The position numbers and the translations under genes are program-made. A stretch of 64,000 nt of DNA, from NCBI GenBank assembly GCA_963772515.1, contig CAVYXC010000004.1, positions 361,131-425,130 on the forward strand. Direction: 5' to 3'. Each line of letters starts with the position of its first letter. Position 1 is the first letter of the stretch. Shown here one piece after another: positions 22,933-33,389 of this stretch. The notes below the pieces were generated by a model. It saw only the letters and a program-made list of their open reading frames with translations, ran no database searches and had not been told where the DNA came from. Source of the stretch: Vulcanimicrobiota bacterium. Its GTDB lineage: Bacteria > Vulcanimicrobiota > Vulcanimicrobiia > Eremiobacterales > Eremiobacteraceae.

Positions 22933-23526
22933 GTGGGCCTGTACGAGATGGTCAAAACGGTGCTGCGGCCGTCGACGCGCCTCGCGTTCGACGTCAAAGT
23001 CAGCGGCGAAGAGAACGTGCCGATGAGCGGCCCGTTGGTCGTCGCGGCGAATCACCGATCGTTCCTTGACCCGCCGCTGCTCGGAACGTGGTTTCCGCGC
23101 ACGATCCACTTCATGGCGAAAGAAGAGCTGTTCAAGATCCCGGTGCTCGGCTATCTGATCGGCCAGGTGCACGCCTTTCCGGTGTCGCGCGACAGCGCCG
23201 ACATCGGCTCGTTCCGGCGCGCGCTGCGCATATTAAAGGAAGGCGGCGCCGTCGGGATATTCCCTGAGGGCACGCGCAACGTCACCGGCGAGGCCAAGGC
23301 CAAGGGAGGCGCCGTCTTGCTGGCCGCGACTGCGCACTGCCCGCTCGTACCCGTCGCTCTGGTGCGGACCACGCTTGCGACGAAGCGTTTGCGCGGCAGC
23401 CATGTCGAAGTGCGCATAGGCGTGCCGATGATGCTCCAGGGAAGCGCGCGAAAAGCCACGAAGGCCGAAATCGAAGCGTGGACTGGCCAATTGTCCGCCG
23501 CGATCGACGAGCTGAGCACAGCGTAG
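22933..23526 (+). CDS. plsC: 1-acyl-sn-glycerol-3-phosphate acyltransferase
   Basis: 197 aa; acyltransferase motifs (AANHRSFLDP, FPEGTR). Confidence 0.75.
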   Translation: MGLYEMVKTVLRPSTRLAFDVKVSGEENVPMSGPLVVAANHRSFLDPPLLGTWFPRTIHFMAKEELFKIPVLGYLIGQVHAFPVSRDSADIGSFRRALRILKEGGAVGIFPEGTRNVTGEAKAKGGAVLLAATAHCPLVPVALVRTTLATKRLRGSHVEVRIGVPMMLQGSARKATKAEIEAWTGQLSAAIDELSTA

Positions 23527-23531
23527 GAGCT

Positions 23532-24374
23532 ATGGAGATACTCAAGGCGCGCACCCAGGGGTTCTGCTTCGGAGTAGAGCTCACGTACAAGAAGGCGCTC
23601 GCCGAAACGGCGCAGCGCGACGACGTGCACACCATGGGCAACATCGTCCACAACCCGCTTATCGTCAAAGAGCTGGAGCAGCGCGGCCTCAAGAACGCGG
23701 AGTCGATCGACGACATCGAATCGGGCACGCTGTTCGTGCGCGCGCACGGCCTGCCGCCGCAGACCCTCGAGCAAGCAGAAGCCAAAGGCTTGCGCGTCGT
23801 GGATGCGACCTGTCCGATGGTGACGCGCACGCAGAAGCTGGCCAAGAAGCTGCAAGAAGAAGGCCGCAGCGTCATCATCTTGGGCGATCCCAACCATCCC
23901 GAAGTGCGCGGCATCGCCGGCCACGTGCCCGGCGCGGTCGTGCTCAATGAATGGCCGCAGGACGAGTCGCAGATCCGCAAGATGCGCCGCATCGCGATCG
24001 TCTCGCAGAGCACGCTCAACGAGGACAAATTCAAAGAGCTGGTGGCCAAGATCGCGGCCATCAACTACGAGACGCGCATCTATAACACGATCTGCCCGGA
24101 CACGCAAGGCCGGCAGTTCTCCGCGCGCGAGCTGGCTCGCGACGTCGACGTGATGATCGTCGTCGGCGGTTCGAAATCGGCTAATACGCGCCACCTCGCC
24201 GAGATCTCCGAGGCCGAAGGCGCCAAAGCGCACCTCGTCGAGAACGCGGGCGACGTGCGTCGCGAATGGTTCAACGGCGCCGAGCGCGTCGGCATCGCCA
24301 CCGGCGCATCAACGCCTGGATTCTTGGCGGACGAAGTCGAGCAAAAGCTGCGCGAGTGGTTTCCGGCGGCTTAG
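23532..24374 (+). CDS. ispH: 4-hydroxy-3-methylbut-2-enyl diphosphate reductase
   Basis: Internal Met of ORF 23478..24374 (MEILKARTQGFCFGV...); three conserved Cys regions; RBS GGAGC. Confidence 0.85.
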   Translation: MEILKARTQGFCFGVELTYKKALAETAQRDDVHTMGNIVHNPLIVKELEQRGLKNAESIDDIESGTLFVRAHGLPPQTLEQAEAKGLRVVDATCPMVTRTQKLAKKLQEEGRSVIILGDPNHPEVRGIAGHVPGAVVLNEWPQDESQIRKMRRIAIVSQSTLNEDKFKELVAKIAAINYETRIYNTICPDTQGRQFSARELARDVDVMIVVGGSKSANTRHLAEISEAEGAKAHLVENAGDVRREWFNGAERVGIATGASTPGFLADEVEQKLREWFPAA

Positions 24375-25354
24375 CCGACGAGCGCGCGCTCGAGGATTTC
24401 GAGCGCTATCTCGAACGTTTCTTGCACGGCCATGCCAGTGGTGGTCCGCTCGCGCAGCAGATCGCACATCACTTCGGCGCGGAAGTGCGCCGCGGCAAGC
24501 GCCTGCGGCCGCGCCTGGTGCTCGCCGCCGCCGCGTCGCTCGGCGCCGAGCTCGAGGACGCGCTGCCGGCATGCGCGGCGATCGAGCTGCTCCATAACTA
24601 TTCGCTCATCCACGACGACATCGAGGACGGCGACCGGCTGCGGCGCGGCCGCGAAACCCTGTGGGCGAAATTCGGCGTCGCGCACGGCATCAACGCCGGC
24701 GACGCGGTCGGGGCGCTCGCCTACGCGGCGCTGCAAGAGACGGGCCGGCTGGACGCAGCGGTCACGCAAGCGATGCTAGGCGATCTGGCTCGCGCGCACG
24801 TGCGCATGTGCGAAGGCCAGGCGTTGGACCTTGCGGCCGAGGGCGCCGCACAGGTGACGCCTGCCGAGTATCTAGAGATGATCGAAGGCAAGACCGCCGC
24901 GCTGTTCGCATGTGCCGCCTCGCTCGGCGCGCGCTGCGCGTCGCTCGCGCGCGCCCATGAAGCCGAGGTCGAGCGCTGCGCGGAGTTCGGCCGGCTGTTC
25001 GGACTCGGTTTTCAGATCCGCGACGACGTGCTCGGCATCTGGGGCCCGCGCGAATCGACCGGAAAGAATTCGAGCGGCGACATCGCCCGCCGCAAACACA
25101 CCTACCCGATCGTGTGGGCCGCATCGCACGACGCCGAGGGCGCTGGCAGAACCGTCGCACGCGTCTACGCGCAGGGCGGCGCGGCGATCACATCGGCCGA
25201 TATAGAAGAAGTACGCGCCGCGCTCGAACGCGGCGGCGCTCGCGCGGCGGCCGAAGCGGCCGCGTCCGACTATTTCGCGCGCGCATCTGCATACGCAGGT
25301 GCCAGCGAGGCGCTGCGGCGCTTCGTCGACGACTGGAGCGCGCCGGCCGCCTGA
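24356..25354 (+). CDS. Polyprenyl diphosphate synthase (GGPP synthase-like)
   Basis: ORF 24266..25354; DDxxD motifs (LIHDDIED, FQIRDDVLG); probable GTG start overlapping ispH end. Confidence 0.7.
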   Translation: MVSGGLADERALEDFERYLERFLHGHASGGPLAQQIAHHFGAEVRRGKRLRPRLVLAAAASLGAELEDALPACAAIELLHNYSLIHDDIEDGDRLRRGRETLWAKFGVAHGINAGDAVGALAYAALQETGRLDAAVTQAMLGDLARAHVRMCEGQALDLAAEGAAQVTPAEYLEMIEGKTAALFACAASLGARCASLARAHEAEVERCAEFGRLFGLGFQIRDDVLGIWGPRESTGKNSSGDIARRKHTYPIVWAASHDAEGAGRTVARVYAQGGAAITSADIEEVRAALERGGARAAAEAAASDYFARASAYAGASEALRRFVDDWSAPAA

Positions 25355-25411
25355 TCAGACGCACGAAAGGCGGCAGGTTCCAAACGTCCCATCAGGAGAA
25401 CGCAGGGAGTC

Positions 25412-28400
25412 GTGTCACAACGTAAGGCCGCAAGGCAGGTGCCCGCCTCCGGTCCGGACGGGCGCCCGAAGGTCGTGAGCACCGGGGGAAACACCGATTC
25501 GGGAGCCGCCGGCACCCCGCTGAGCCGCAACGAAATCGTGAACATCGCCGCCCTCTGCGTGGCGGCGTTCGTTTTGCGGCTCATCCCGATCGGGCTCATC
25601 GGCCACGCGACCGACATCGCCACCTTTGAAAACTGGCTGCTGGTGCTCGCCCAGTACGGGCCGAGCGGATTCTACACGCACGTCCAGTTCATCGACTATC
25701 CGCCGGGCTACATGCTGTTCCTGTGGGGCGCTGCGGGCCTGCACTCGCTGCTCGACTGGGCGGGCTTTGCCAAGCACGGCATCGACACGCTGTTGGTGGC
25801 GGTCAAGATGCCGGCGATCCTCGCCGACATCGGCTTGGTCTATCTCACGTATCTCATCATGCGGCGCAACTGGGATCAACGGACGGCGCTCGTCGGCGCA
25901 GCCATCATCGCGGCGCTCAATCCCGACATCGCGTTCCTCTCGGCGTACTGGGGCCAAGCAGATTCGGTGGCAGCGCTGTTCCTCGTGTGGGCGATCTATC
26001 TCGCGCTGACCAATCGGTTCGAGTTCGCCTGGGCGTCCCTCGCGTTCGCGATCCTCATCAAGCCGCATCCGATCGCGGTCGTGCCGCTGTTCTTGCTGTG
26101 GCAGATCCGCAGACACGGCCTCACCTGGCGATTGCTCGGCATCCCAGTCGTGAGCGGGCTAGTCACCTATCTCGGCACGGCGCCGTTCACGAGCGATCGT
26201 TCCCCGCTCGCGCTTTTCCAATGGTTGTACGGCACGTACGCGCGCGGCCGCGACGGCTATCCGTACAACTCGGTCAATGCGTTCAACCTGTACTCGATGA
26301 AGAACGATTTCTGGCAGTCGGATATGCAGCCGGTCCAGTTCAACCTCTTCGGCCTGCATGCGAACCTCGGACCGCTATGGATGTGGGGCGTCGGCATCTT
26401 CCTCGGTTTTCTCATCGCATTCGCGTTGCGCCAATGGCGCACGACCGGCCCCGACGTCTCGCGCGTGGACGCAGAGAACAGCTTCCTCTCGGCATGTTTC
26501 CTCACCATGCTCGGCTACTTCATGTTGCTGACGCGCATGCACGAGCGCTACATCTTCACGGCGATCGTGCTCATCGTGTTCGTGCGGCCGCTCGGCGCGG
26601 TCCAACGCATCGTCACGCTCGCGTTGGCGAGCACGTTCATCGTCGATCTCTTCTATGGGCTGTATTATCTCAAGACGCCGAGCTCCGACCTCAACCCGCT
26701 GCTCGTGCATTCGCTTTCGGTCGTCAACGTGCTGTGCTTCTTCGCGGTCGCGAGCATCTATCTGATCGAAGAATTCGACGTCAAGGTCAAAGAGTGGTTC
26801 CGCGGCGGTGCTGCAGCGCAACGCGCGCCGCCGCGCCGCAGCCCGCAGCTGCTCGAAGGCCTCATCGGGTTCACGCGCACGGACTGGCTGATCGTCGCGG
26901 GCTTGACGGCGGCCGCCGCAATTCTCTTGCTGTATCGCATCGGGCTGCCGAACGAGCGCATTTTTGACGAGATCTATTACGCGCGCTCGGCGCAGGAATA
27001 TCTGCACCACCAAGTGGTGTTCGAATCGACCCACCCGCCGCTGACCAAGCTGATCATGGCGGCCACGGCATGGTTCTTCCAGCTCGCGCTGCCGGCGTTC
27101 GGCGCGTGGTTAGCGCGCAGCGGGATGGGCTTCGGCAAATTCTTTGTCGACAACCAGATCGGCGATCCGGTCAGCTCGCGCATCGCGTGCGCACTAGCCG
27201 GCATCGCGACCGTGCCCGTGCTCTACGCGTTTGCGAAGCGCATGTTCGCCTCGACCGCTGCGGCAGTGGCGGCGGTGCTGCTGCTCATGGCCAGCGGATT
27301 CTGGTTCGTTCAAGCGCGCACCGCGCTGCCGGACATCTTCATCGGCCTGTTTTCGCTGTGCTCGCTGTATTGCGCCTATCGGTTCTTCACGGCCGGCCAG
27401 GTCGTGCGCCGCCGCAATGGCGGATATCCGGATCGAGCATCGGACATCGCACTGGTGGGCGTGTTCGTGGCGATCGTGGCGTTCGTCGCGTTCGAAGTCA
27501 AGCACTATGACATCAGCATATCGCCGCCCGGGCCGCCGTGGTATGCGTATCTCATTTTCGTCGCGCTGCTCGCGGCGTTCTGCGCCTTATGGAGCCGCAG
27601 GCTCGCGCTCGAACGGCAGGACGGCCAGGTGGTGGTCTACCCCGACGGCACGGTCGCGCAAGGCAGCACGCTGACGTTCCCATCAGGCGAACAGCGGCCG
27701 CTGAAGAACGCCACGTGGGATGACGGCGTGCAAAAAGTCGTGTGGGCGTCAGATGGTGCGACGGCGACTGAGGGCGGCACGACGGTGCGCTGGCAGGCGG
27801 ATGGCTCCATCCGCGGCGTCCACGACGGCGTCGAGTTCTTCGATCAGCAGCGCTGGGGTCCGTGGCTGCTGCTCACCGGCCTCTCGCTGGGTGCCGTGTG
27901 CTCGAGCAAGTGGTATGGCTTGTTCGACATCGCGACGATCATGCTCGCCGCGGTGCTCATCACCGGCCAGGCGTACTTGCCCGCATATTGGCGCTGGCGC
28001 GACGCCGGCGCGAAGCTGGATGTGCCACGGCGTTTGCTGTGGGGCAACCCCTTGAGCTGGCGCTTTCCCCTGTTCCTCGCCGCAGTGGTGCTCATCGGCA
28101 TCCTGCTATACGCGGCATGCTACATCCCCTACTTCACGCTGGGTCAGACGTTCCAGGACATCCTCAGCTCGCAGTACGGCATGTATCGCTATCACCACGA
28201 CCTGGTCGCGACCCACGTCTACGCCTCGCCATGGTGGGCGTGGCCGCTCGATATTCGACCCGTGTCATACGCCTATGACCACTTTTCGAAGCCTGGCGGT
28301 CCGATTCTATACGCTGAAGTGCTCGCTCTGCCGAACCCCTTCGTCTGGGTTGCCGGACTGATCACGATTCCGCTCGCAGGCTGGCTCGCCTGGCGCGAGC

Positions 28401-28765
28401 GCCACAAGGGGATGCTGATCGTCGTAGCGGCATGCTTCTTGCACTGGCTGCCGTGGGTCGGCTCGCCGCGCATCGACTTCCAATACAACATCTACAACAA
28501 CACGGCGCTGCTGTGCCTATGCACGGTCTACGTCGTCCTGCGCCTGTGGCGCTGGGCGCATGGCACCGCAGCCGAAGAGCCCAACCGGCCGTTCGCAGTG
28601 CGCCTAGCCGCCGCGGCGTATCTGGCGTTGTGCCTGGTCGGGTTTGCATATTTCTACCCGATCTTAGGCGCCGTGCCGATCACCTATCAGCAGTGGCTCG
28701 GCCATATGTGGCTGCCTTCAGGTTGCGCGACCGGGCAGAAAGAAGACTGCATCGGTTGGATCTGA
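25412..28765 (+). CDS. Integral-membrane glycosyltransferase with two GT-C-like domains; C-terminal half is PMT_2/ArnT-like (GT39/GT83)
   Basis: 1117 aa; more than 20 TM segments; motif IFDEIYYARSAQEY...THPPLTKL in second half; N-half has DYPPGY motif. Confidence 0.65.
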   Translation: MSQRKAARQVPASGPDGRPKVVSTGGNTDSGAAGTPLSRNEIVNIAALCVAAFVLRLIPIGLIGHATDIATFENWLLVLAQYGPSGFYTHVQFIDYPPGYMLFLWGAAGLHSLLDWAGFAKHGIDTLLVAVKMPAILADIGLVYLTYLIMRRNWDQRTALVGAAIIAALNPDIAFLSAYWGQADSVAALFLVWAIYLALTNRFEFAWASLAFAILIKPHPIAVVPLFLLWQIRRHGLTWRLLGIPVVSGLVTYLGTAPFTSDRSPLALFQWLYGTYARGRDGYPYNSVNAFNLYSMKNDFWQSDMQPVQFNLFGLHANLGPLWMWGVGIFLGFLIAFALRQWRTTGPDVSRVDAENSFLSACFLTMLGYFMLLTRMHERYIFTAIVLIVFVRPLGAVQRIVTLALASTFIVDLFYGLYYLKTPSSDLNPLLVHSLSVVNVLCFFAVASIYLIEEFDVKVKEWFRGGAAAQRAPPRRSPQLLEGLIGFTRTDWLIVAGLTAAAAILLLYRIGLPNERIFDEIYYARSAQEYLHHQVVFESTHPPLTKLIMAATAWFFQLALPAFGAWLARSGMGFGKFFVDNQIGDPVSSRIACALAGIATVPVLYAFAKRMFASTAAAVAAVLLLMASGFWFVQARTALPDIFIGLFSLCSLYCAYRFFTAGQVVRRRNGGYPDRASDIALVGVFVAIVAFVAFEVKHYDISISPPGPPWYAYLIFVALLAAFCALWSRRLALERQDGQVVVYPDGTVAQGSTLTFPSGEQRPLKNATWDDGVQKVVWASDGATATEGGTTVRWQADGSIRGVHDGVEFFDQQRWGPWLLLTGLSLGAVCSSKWYGLFDIATIMLAAVLITGQAYLPAYWRWRDAGAKLDVPRRLLWGNPLSWRFPLFLAAVVLIGILLYAACYIPYFTLGQTFQDILSSQYGMYRYHHDLVATHVYASPWWAWPLDIRPVSYAYDHFSKPGGPILYAEVLALPNPFVWVAGLITIPLAGWLAWRERHKGMLIVVAACFLHWLPWVGSPRIDFQYNIYNNTALLCLCTVYVVLRLWRWAHGTAAEEPNRPFAVRLAAAAYLALCLVGFAYFYPILGAVPITYQQWLGHMWLPSGCATGQKEDCIGWI

Positions 28766-28766
28766 C

Positions 28767-29498
28767 GTGAGCGAGCAACCCGCGGGGTCGTTGTCGATCT
28801 TCTTCCCTGCATTCAACGAAGAAGGGATCATCGAGCAAACCGTGCGCGATGCGGTCGCGGCGGCGCAGCGCAACGTGTCGGACTTCGAAGTCATCGTGGT
28901 GGATGACGGCAGCAAGGACACGACCGCCGCGATCGTCAGTGCGCTCGCCGGGCAAGACCCGCGCGTGCGCCTGGTGCGCCACGACGTCAATCGCGGCTAC
29001 GGCGCGGCACTGCGCACGGGGTTTGCCAGCGCGACCAAAGACCTCGTGTTCTTCTCAGACGCCGACGGCCAGTTCCATCTCGACGAGCTGCCGGCCACGC
29101 TGGAGCTTGCGCGCGGCACGCCGGTCGTCGCGGGGTACCGCATCAAGCGCAGCGATCCGTGGCACCGGCTATTCATCGCCAGAACATATCGGCTCGTCAT
29201 CTGGACCGTGTTCGGACTGCGCGTGCGCGACATCGACTGCGCATGGAAGCTGTTCCGGCGCGAGACCTTGCGCGCCGTCGAGCTTGAATCCAACGGCGCG
29301 TTCATCAGTTCCGAGCTGTTGATCAAATTGAAGCGTGCGGGCGTGCCGATCCGCGAGATCGGCGTGCAGCATTACCCTCGTACGACCGGTGTGTCCAAGG
29401 GCGCCACCCCCAAGGTCATCCTCAAGACGATCCGCGACATCGTGCGCCTGCGCTTGGGGATGCCGCTGACGCCGGCCGCGCAGCGGCAGCACGCGTAA
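28767..29498 (+). CDS. GT2 polyprenol-phosphate sugar synthase (Ppm/ArnC/CsbB-like)
   Basis: 243 aa; GT2 motifs (IVVDDGSKD, FSDADGQ); GTG start 2 nt after upstream stop. Confidence 0.8.
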   Translation: MSEQPAGSLSIFFPAFNEEGIIEQTVRDAVAAAQRNVSDFEVIVVDDGSKDTTAAIVSALAGQDPRVRLVRHDVNRGYGAALRTGFASATKDLVFFSDADGQFHLDELPATLELARGTPVVAGYRIKRSDPWHRLFIARTYRLVIWTVFGLRVRDIDCAWKLFRRETLRAVELESNGAFISSELLIKLKRAGVPIREIGVQHYPRTTGVSKGATPKVILKTIRDIVRLRLGMPLTPAAQRQHA

Positions 29499-29508
29499 GG
29501 AGAGCGCG

Positions 29509-30270
29509 ATGTCCGGGCATTCGAAATGGCACAATATCCGGCTCAAGAAGGGGAAGGTCGATGCGCAGCGCGGCCAGCTGTTCACCAAGCTGAGCAAAGA
29601 GATCATCGTCGCCGCCCGCTCGGGCGTGCCGGACCCCGAGGCGAATTTCAAGCTCAAGATCGCGGTGGCGAAGGCGCGCGACAGCAACATGCCGATGGAC
29701 AACATCAAGCGGGCGATCGCGCGCGCGAGCGGAACCGGCAAGGGCGAAACGTACGAAGAGATCCGCTACGAAGGGTTCGGCCCAGCCGGCGTCGCCGTGA
29801 TCGTCGACGTGGTGACCGACAACCGCAACCGCACGGCGTCCGAGATGCGCTACGTGTTCTCGCGTAACGGCGGCAATCTAGGCGAGACCGGCAGCGTCGG
29901 CTGGCTTTTCGAGGAACGCGGCGTCATCACGATTCCGGCGACCGGCATCTCGGAGGACGAGCTGCTCGAATGCGCGATCGTCGACGGCGTCGTCGACGTC
30001 GTGCTCGAGGGCGATAGCGCGGACATCATCACGCAGCCGCGCGCGCTCGGCCAGGTGCGCGCTGAAGTCGAGCGCACGCTGCTCGCACCGCGCGGCCGCA
30101 CGGTGACCTCCGCGTCGCCCGAACTCATAGCCAAGACCCACGTGGACGTCTCGCGCGAGAACGCGCCGGCGGTGCTCAAGCTGCTCGACGCGCTCGAAGA
30201 TCACGACGACGTCACGCACGTCTATTCCAACGCCGACATCCCTGTCGACGTGCTCGAAGCGCTCGCGTGA
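29509..30270 (+). CDS. yebC: YebC/PmpR family transcriptional regulator
   Basis: 253 aa; MSGHSKWHNI N-terminus characteristic. Confidence 0.85.
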   Translation: MSGHSKWHNIRLKKGKVDAQRGQLFTKLSKEIIVAARSGVPDPEANFKLKIAVAKARDSNMPMDNIKRAIARASGTGKGETYEEIRYEGFGPAGVAVIVDVVTDNRNRTASEMRYVFSRNGGNLGETGSVGWLFEERGVITIPATGISEDELLECAIVDGVVDVVLEGDSADIITQPRALGQVRAEVERTLLAPRGRTVTSASPELIAKTHVDVSRENAPAVLKLLDALEDHDDVTHVYSNADIPVDVLEALA

Positions 30271-31400
30271 GCGCACAAGAACCGCGCAGACGCCGGCGCA
30301 CCGTCGATTACGCGCCGCGCCCGCCACGCCCACCCCGTCCGCCGGCGAGCGGATCGCCCGCATTGGCCATCGCGCTGGGGCTGCTCGCCTTGCTCGTCGT
30401 GCTGGTCGCCGTCGGAGCGTACCGCCTGTTCGCGCCGGCCGGCAGCCCGATCATTCTGCCCGACTTCGGCGGGATGTCGATGGACGCTGCCCAAAGCGCG
30501 GCCTCCCACTTCGGCGTGAGCCTGCGCGTCGTCGCGCATCACAACGATGAGAAGATCGCCAAGGGCGACGTGCTCGGACAGTTCCCGGCGGCCGGAGAAC
30601 ACGTCCGTGAAGGACGCATCATCGACGTGATCGTCTCCGACGGTCCGACCCTATCCGACGTGCCCGATCTCGGCAATCTGTCGCTGCGCGATGCGCAGAT
30701 CGAGCTCGGCAACGCGCGCCTCGATCTCGGCACGGTGACGCGACAGAAGAGCGATCTCGTCTCGGAAGGCCGCATCCTCTCGCAGAATCCGGCGGCGCTC
30801 ACGCAGGCGCCGGCCGGCACGAAGGTGGACGTCACGGTGGCGCAAGGCAGGCCGGAGGCGTACGTGCCTAACTTCGTCGGCCTGAGCGTCGAGTTTTCGG
30901 CGAGCGCCGCCAAACAAGCCGGCGTTTCGCTCGGCCCGCCGCTGTGGCTGCCGATCGCCAAGAACGCCAAGCCACGCGGCATCGTGGTGGCCCAAGACCC
31001 GCTGCCCGGGCAGCCGATGGATGTGGGCGCAAAAGTCATCTTGCACGTCAGCGGTGGGCCGCCACCGACGCCGACGCCGTTGCCGACGCTGCCGCCGACG
31101 GAAGCCCCGATCATCACCACGCCGCTGCCGGTTTCGGCCTCGCCCAGCTCATCTCCGAATCCCCAGGCCAGCCCATCGGCCGAACCGGCAGCGCGCTCGA
31201 TGCGCATCCAAGTCGCGCTGCCGGCGTTGACGACCGCTAAACACGTGCGCGTCGCGCTCGTCGATGCCGCCGGTTCGCGCGATCTGTACGACCAGACCAC
31301 CAAGGGCGGCTTCACGCTGCAGTTCGACGTCACGGTCACCGGAGCCGGCACGGTTCAGACCTACATCGACGGCGTTCTGTCCACGACGAACGGGCTTTGA
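30267..31400 (+). CDS. Membrane-anchored PASTA-domain protein (three PASTA repeats, Pro/Ser-rich linker)
   Basis: 377 aa; TM anchor; repeated PASTA-like modules; GTGA overlap with yebC. Confidence 0.6.
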   Translation: MSAQEPRRRRRTVDYAPRPPRPPRPPASGSPALAIALGLLALLVVLVAVGAYRLFAPAGSPIILPDFGGMSMDAAQSAASHFGVSLRVVAHHNDEKIAKGDVLGQFPAAGEHVREGRIIDVIVSDGPTLSDVPDLGNLSLRDAQIELGNARLDLGTVTRQKSDLVSEGRILSQNPAALTQAPAGTKVDVTVAQGRPEAYVPNFVGLSVEFSASAAKQAGVSLGPPLWLPIAKNAKPRGIVVAQDPLPGQPMDVGAKVILHVSGGPPPTPTPLPTLPPTEAPIITTPLPVSASPSSSPNPQASPSAEPAARSMRIQVALPALTTAKHVRVALVDAAGSRDLYDQTTKGGFTLQFDVTVTGAGTVQTYIDGVLSTTNGL

Positions 31401-31434
31401 GGGAACTGGCGGACCGCCTGCGAACGCCAGCCTC

Positions 31435-32115
31435 ATGAAGATCGCGCCTTCGCTGTTGTCGGCGGATTTCGCCGATATCCGCGCGCAGATCGATCTCGTG
31501 GCGCACGCGGGCGCTGATTATCTCCATCTCGACGTCATGGACGGACGCTTCGTGCCCAATCTGACGTGGGGTCCGAAGATCATCCACGATCTACGCCCGC
31601 TCTCAAGACTGCCCTTCGACACGCATCTCATGATCGTCGAGCCCGAGCGCTATGTGGCCGACTTCGTGAAAGCCGGAGCGAACATCGTCACCGTGCATTG
31701 GGAGGCGACGGTGCACGCCAACCGCCTCATCCACCAGATCAAAGAGCTGGGCGTGCGGGCGGGCCTCGCGATCAACCCCGCCACGTCCTTGTCCGTGCTC
31801 GATGAGATCTTGCCCTACATCGACCTGCTGCTGATCATGAGCGTGAATCCAGGCTTTGGAGGCCAATCGTATATCCCGACGTCGACGGCGAAGATCGCCG
31901 CCGCTCGCAAGATCATACGCGAACGCACGTTGTCGATCGAGATCGAAGTCGACGGCGGCGTGACGCTCGACAACGTTGTCGAGGTGAGCCGCGCGGGCGC
32001 GGACACCGTCGTGATGGGTGCGGGGCTGTTCGGCACGCCCGACCCAGCCGCGACGCTGCAGAAAGCGCGTGACGTAGTAGCGCATTCGAACGCGCCCGAC
32101 GCGAGATCTCATTGA
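31435..32115 (+). CDS. rpe: Ribulose-phosphate 3-epimerase
   Basis: Internal Met of ORF 31264..32115 (MKIAPSLLSADFADI...); RPE family. Confidence 0.85.
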   Translation: MKIAPSLLSADFADIRAQIDLVAHAGADYLHLDVMDGRFVPNLTWGPKIIHDLRPLSRLPFDTHLMIVEPERYVADFVKAGANIVTVHWEATVHANRLIHQIKELGVRAGLAINPATSLSVLDEILPYIDLLLIMSVNPGFGGQSYIPTSTAKIAAARKIIRERTLSIEIEVDGGVTLDNVVEVSRAGADTVVMGAGLFGTPDPAATLQKARDVVAHSNAPDARSH

Positions 32116-33110
32116 CCGAAGACGAGCTCATCGCCGCGATGGTGGACGCGCTCGGCGCCCCGCCGCGCAAACTGCGCGTGGGCATCGGCGACGACGCCGC
32201 GGCATGGAAGGTCGACTCGCATCACCTGAGCCTTCTGACGACCGACATGCTGGTCGACGGCGTGCACTTCCGGCTGAGCGAGACGACGGCGTCAGCGCTC
32301 GGCCACAAAGCGCTCGCGCAGAATCTTTCCGACATCGCGGCCATGGGCGGCGCGCCGACCGTCGCCGTCATCGCGCTGGGGCTCACACCAGCGGTCGACG
32401 AGCGCTGGGTGCGCGAGTTCTACCGCGGCGTCGCTGCGCTGGCCCGTCGAGCGCGCTGCGCGATCGCCGGCGGTGACATCGTGCGCGCGCCGGCTCTTAT
32501 CATCGGCGTGACGGTTGCGGGCGAGGTGCGCCGGACGCAGATGCGCCTTCGCAGCGGCGCGAGTGCTGGCGACATCGCCGCCGTGACCGGGCCGCTTGGC
32601 CTTGCGGCCGCGGGTTTGAAGACGTTGTGCTCCGCGTTGACGGCCAAGATGGACGCTCGAGCGCTCGAGGCCGTTCGCGCGGCCTATTTCGAACCGCAGC
32701 CGCGCTTGAGCGAGGGGCGCTACTTAGGGTCGCAGCGCTCGGTGCGAGCGCTTATGGATATTTCCGATGGCTTGTCCACCGATTCGGCGCGGATGGCCAA
32801 AGCGTCCAAGCTGGATATCGTGCTTGACGGGGCGGCGCTCGTTCCTGATAAAGCGCTAGCTGACGCTGCGGCGGCATTGGGACTCGATCCGATGGATCTC
32901 ATGCTCAACGGCGGCGATGATTATGAATTGTTCGCTGCCATCGAGCCGCGCGCATTCAGCCACGTCGCGGACGGATTTCGAAAACGCTTCGGGCGTCCGC
33001 TCGTAGCGCTCGGCAGGTTCGCCCCCGGCGATGGACGTGTGTGGATCGAGCGCGCGGGAAAACGCGAAGCGGTCGCGCCAGCCGGCTACGACCACCTCAA
33101 GAAGCTGTAA
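32112..33110 (+). CDS. thiL: Thiamine-monophosphate kinase
   Basis: 332 aa; AIRS/PurM-like; TTG start overlapping rpe stop. Confidence 0.75.
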   Translation: MTEDELIAAMVDALGAPPRKLRVGIGDDAAAWKVDSHHLSLLTTDMLVDGVHFRLSETTASALGHKALAQNLSDIAAMGGAPTVAVIALGLTPAVDERWVREFYRGVAALARRARCAIAGGDIVRAPALIIGVTVAGEVRRTQMRLRSGASAGDIAAVTGPLGLAAAGLKTLCSALTAKMDARALEAVRAAYFEPQPRLSEGRYLGSQRSVRALMDISDGLSTDSARMAKASKLDIVLDGAALVPDKALADAAAALGLDPMDLMLNGGDDYELFAAIEPRAFSHVADGFRKRFGRPLVALGRFAPGDGRVWIERAGKREAVAPAGYDHLKKL

Positions 33111-33116
33111 GAACGA

Positions 33117-33308
33117 CTAGACGGCGCGGGTGACCCGCCGCGATTTCAGACACGTGGTGCACACGCGCGCGGTCTTCACCGTGCCGCGTTCTGTGATGCG
33201 CACCGATTGCAGGTTGGGCAGCCAGCGCCGGCGCGTCTTACGCATCGAGTGACTGACATTGTTGCCCGATGCGGGGCCTTTGCCGCAGACGTCGCAACGC
33301 TTTGCCAT
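33117..33308 (-). CDS. rpmB: 50S ribosomal protein L28
   Basis: 63 aa; [25 protein letters not shown]. Confidence 0.9.
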   Translation of the reverse strand: MAKRCDVCGKGPASGNNVSHSMRKTRRRWLPNLQSVRITERGTVKTARVCTTCLKSRRVTRAV

Positions 33309-33389
33309 GAGGGGTTCCTCTCAAATGAACAAGAATGACCACGGTATAGTACCACACATCAGATAGCCGCTTCAAGAGGAAACGCCTGG

